From Squalus acanthias (taxonomy: Eukaryota), in assembly GCA_030390025.1 (NCBI GenBank), contig CM059438.1:59956001-60020000 (forward strand): a stretch of 64,000 bases of DNA. The letters run 5' to 3'. Shown in pieces: positions 60,847 through 64,000 of this stretch (the stretch's first letter is position 1; every line of letters starts with the position of its first letter). The notes under the pieces were generated by a model. That model had not been told where the DNA came from and made no database searches. It saw only the letters and a list, made by a program, of their open reading frames with translations. The translations under genes and the position numbers were made by a program.

Positions 60847-63800
60847 AAACATAAAAACATAGAAAAATAGGAGCAGGAGGCCATTCGGCCCTTCGAGCCT
60901 GCTCTGCCATTCAATATGATCATGGCTGATCCTCTATCTCAATACCATATTCCCGCTCTCTCCCCGTACCCCTTGACGCCTTTTGCACCTAGAAATCTAT
61001 CTATCTCCTTCTTAAATATATTCAGTGACTTGGCCTCCACAGCCTTCTGTGGTAGAGAATTCCATAGGTTCACCACCCTCTGAGTGAAGAAATTTCTCCT
61101 CATCTCAGTCCTAAATGTCCTACCCCGTATCCTGAGACTGTGGCCCCTCGTTCTAGAGCCCCCAGCCAGGGGAAACATCCTCCCTGCATCCAGTCTGTCT
61201 AGCCCTGTCAGAATTTTATACGTTTCCACGCGATCCCCTCTCATTCTTCTAAACTCTAATGAATACAGGCCTAGTCGACCCAATCTCTCCTCATACGACA
61301 GTCCTGCCATCCCAGAAATCAGTCTGGTGAACCTTCGCTGCACTCCCTCTATGGCAAGTATATCCTTTCTTAGGTAAGGAGACCAAAATTGCACAAAGTA
61401 CTCCAGGTGTGGTCTCACCAAGGCCCTGTATAGCTGTAGTAAGACATCTTGCTCCTGTACTCAAATCCTCTTGCAATGAAGGCCAACATACCATTTGCCT
61501 TCCTAACTGCTTGCTGCACCTGCATGTTTTCTTTCAGTGACTGGTGTACAAGGACACCCAGGTCCCTTTGTACATCAACATTTCCCAATCTATCACCATT
61601 TAAATAATACTCTGCCTTTCTGTTTTTTCTACCGAAGTGGATAACTTCACATTTATCCACGTTATACTGCATCTGCCATGTATTTGCCCACTCACTCAAC
61701 TTGCCTAAATCGCCTTGAAGCCTCTTTGCATCCTCCTCACAACTCACAATCCCACCTAGTTTTGTGTCATCAGCAATCTTGGAAATATTACATTTGGTTC
61801 CCTCATCCAAATCATTGATATATATTATGAATAGCTGGGGCCCAAGCACTGATCCCTGCTGTACCCCACTAGTCACCGCCTGCCACCCCGAAAAAGACCC
61901 ATTTATTCCTACTCTCTGTTTCCTGTCTGTTAACCAATTTTCAATCCATGCCAGTATATTACCCCCAATCCCATGTGCTTTAATTTTGCACACTAACCTC
62001 TTATGTGGGACTTTATCAAAGGCCTTCTGAAAATCCAAATACACCACATCCACTGGTTCTCCCTTATCTATTCTACCAGTTACATCCTCAAAAAACTCCA
62101 GTCGATTTGTCAAACACGATTTCCCTTTCATAAATCCATGTTGACTTTGTCTAATCCCGTTGATATTTTCTAAGTGTCCTGTTATCACATCCTTTATAAT
62201 AGACTCTAGCATTTTCCCTACTACTGATGTTAGGCTAACCGGTCTGTAGTTCCCTGTTTTCTCTCTCCCTCCTCTTTTAAATAGTGGGGTTGCATTTGCC
62301 ACCTTCCAATCTGCAGGAACTGTTTCATTATCTATAGAATTTTGGAAGATGACAACCAATGCATCCACTATTTCCATGGCTACCTCTTTTAGTACTCTGG
62401 GATGCAGATTATCAGGCCCTGGGGATTTATCGGCTTTCAGTCCCATTAATTTCTTCAGCACTATTTTTTAAATAATACTAATTTCCTTTAATTCCTCCTT
62501 CTCACTAGACCCTTGGTTCCCTAGCATTTCTGGGAAGTTATTTGTGTTCTCTTCCGTGAAGACAGAACCAAAGTATTTGTTTAATTGCTCTGCCATTTCC
62601 TTGTTCCGCATTATAAATTCTCCCGTTTCTGACTATAAGGGACCTATATTTGTCTTCACTAATCTTTTTCTTTTTACATACTTGTAGAAGCTTTTACAGT
62701 CCGCTTTTATGTTCCTTGCAAGTTTACTCTCATACTCTATTTTTCCCCTCTTAATCAATTTCTTGGTCCTTTTTTGCTGAACTCTAAACTGCTCCCAATC
62801 CTCAGGCTTGCTACTTTTTCTGGCAACTTTATATCACTCCTCTTTGGATCTAATACTATCCTTAATTTCTTTTGTTAGCCATGGTTGGGCTGCTTTTCCT
62901 TTTGTGTTTTTGTGCCAGAAAGGAATGTATAACTGTTGCAATTCATGCATTCGTTCCTTAAATATTATCCATTGCCTATCCACCGTCATGCCTTTTAATG
63001 AAGCTCCCCAATCTATCATAGCCAACTCCCGCCTCATACCTTCGTAGTTTCCTTTGTTTAGATTTAGGACCCTAGTTTCGGATTGGAGTTCTTCACTTTT
63101 CATCTTAATGGAGAATTCTGTCATGTTATGGTCACTCTTCCCTAAAGGACCCCGCACAAGAAGATTATTAATTAACCCCTTCTCATTGCACAATACCCAA
63201 TCTAGGATAGCCTGTTCCCTAGTTGGCTCCTCAACGTACTGGTCTAAAAAACCATCTTGTACACACTCCAGGAATTCATCCTCCACAGTTTTATTGCTAA
63301 TTTGGTTTGGCCAGTCTATATGTATCTAAAGTCACCCATGATTACTGTAATACCCTTGTTACATGCATCTTTAATTTCCTGTTTGATGCCATCCCCTACA
63401 TTACCACTACTCTTTGGAGGCCTATATACAACTCCCACCAATGTTTTCTGCCCCATGGTGCGTCTTAGCTCCACCCAGACTCTACATCTTGATTTTCTGA
63501 GCCAATATCCTTTCTCACTATTGCTCTGATTTCATCCTTTACCAACAACGCCACCCCACCTCCTTTTCCTTTTTGCCTGTCCTTCCTAAATATCGAATAT
63601 CCTTGGATATTCAGCTCCCAGCCTTGGTCACCCTGCAGCCATGTCTCCATAATCGCAATTATATCGTATCCGTTTTCATCTATTTGTGCTGTTAATTCGT
63701 CTACCTTATTACGAATGCTTCGTGCATTCAGATAGTGCCTTTAGATTTGTCTTTTCAACATTTTTAGACATCTTAATATTTTTTTGTACTATGGCCCTAT

Positions 63801-64000
63801 TTGTCTTACCATTTTTTCTTACCCGGACCCTATTTGTTAGTGTACCCTTTTGTTTGTACGCTCTGTCCCTTCCTGACACAATCTGGTTATCCTTACCCCA
63901 ATCACTTTCCTGCACTGCTTCCTTGTCTTTTCTTTTTAGCATTCTAGATTTCGCTCCACCGGGACCCTCCCCCTTATTTAGTTTAAAGCCCTATCTACCT
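60847..64000 (-). mobile_element. CR1/HER1 LINE, long copy (EN + RT; continues beyond the window)
   Basis: EN: ETWLQGDQGWELNIQGY..KGGGVALLVK, PLGKSDH. RT 61415-62461: YLDFQKAFDKVPH, QGSVLGP, ADDTKL. catagaaa-type tail. Confidence 0.93.

Overview
Repeat-dense eukaryotic DNA, almost certainly from an elasmobranch (shark/ray), judged from HE1-type V-SINEs, SacSINE1-like DeuSINEs and HER1/CR1 LINEs. No host protein-coding exon could be supported. The main feature (about 550-10970, + strand) is a decayed endogenous retrovirus. It retains a gag tail, pro-RT(YVDD), a Gypsy-type degenerate RNase H plus a second retroviral RNase H, and integrase. Its env resembles a paramyxo/pneumovirus-type class I fusion (F) protein rather than a normal retroviral SU/TM. 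This is the lokiretrovirus architecture, which to my recollection was not reported from cartilaginous fish in its original description. A second, divergent gag-pro fragment of the same type lies next to it on the - strand, with a CCHC knuckle and an in-frame TGA-CGG junction. The rest is nested mobile DNA. It includes a CR1-group LINE with a tRNA-derived Pol III head and no ORF1, Penelope-like elements carrying minimal hammerhead ribozymes (one captured an inverted copy of nearby DNA), and Harbinger remnants with matching MITEs. There are also hAT MITEs, a solo LTR, L2/RTE/CR1 LINEs, SINEs and two minisatellites. All family assignments come from motif recognition by eye, not database searches.
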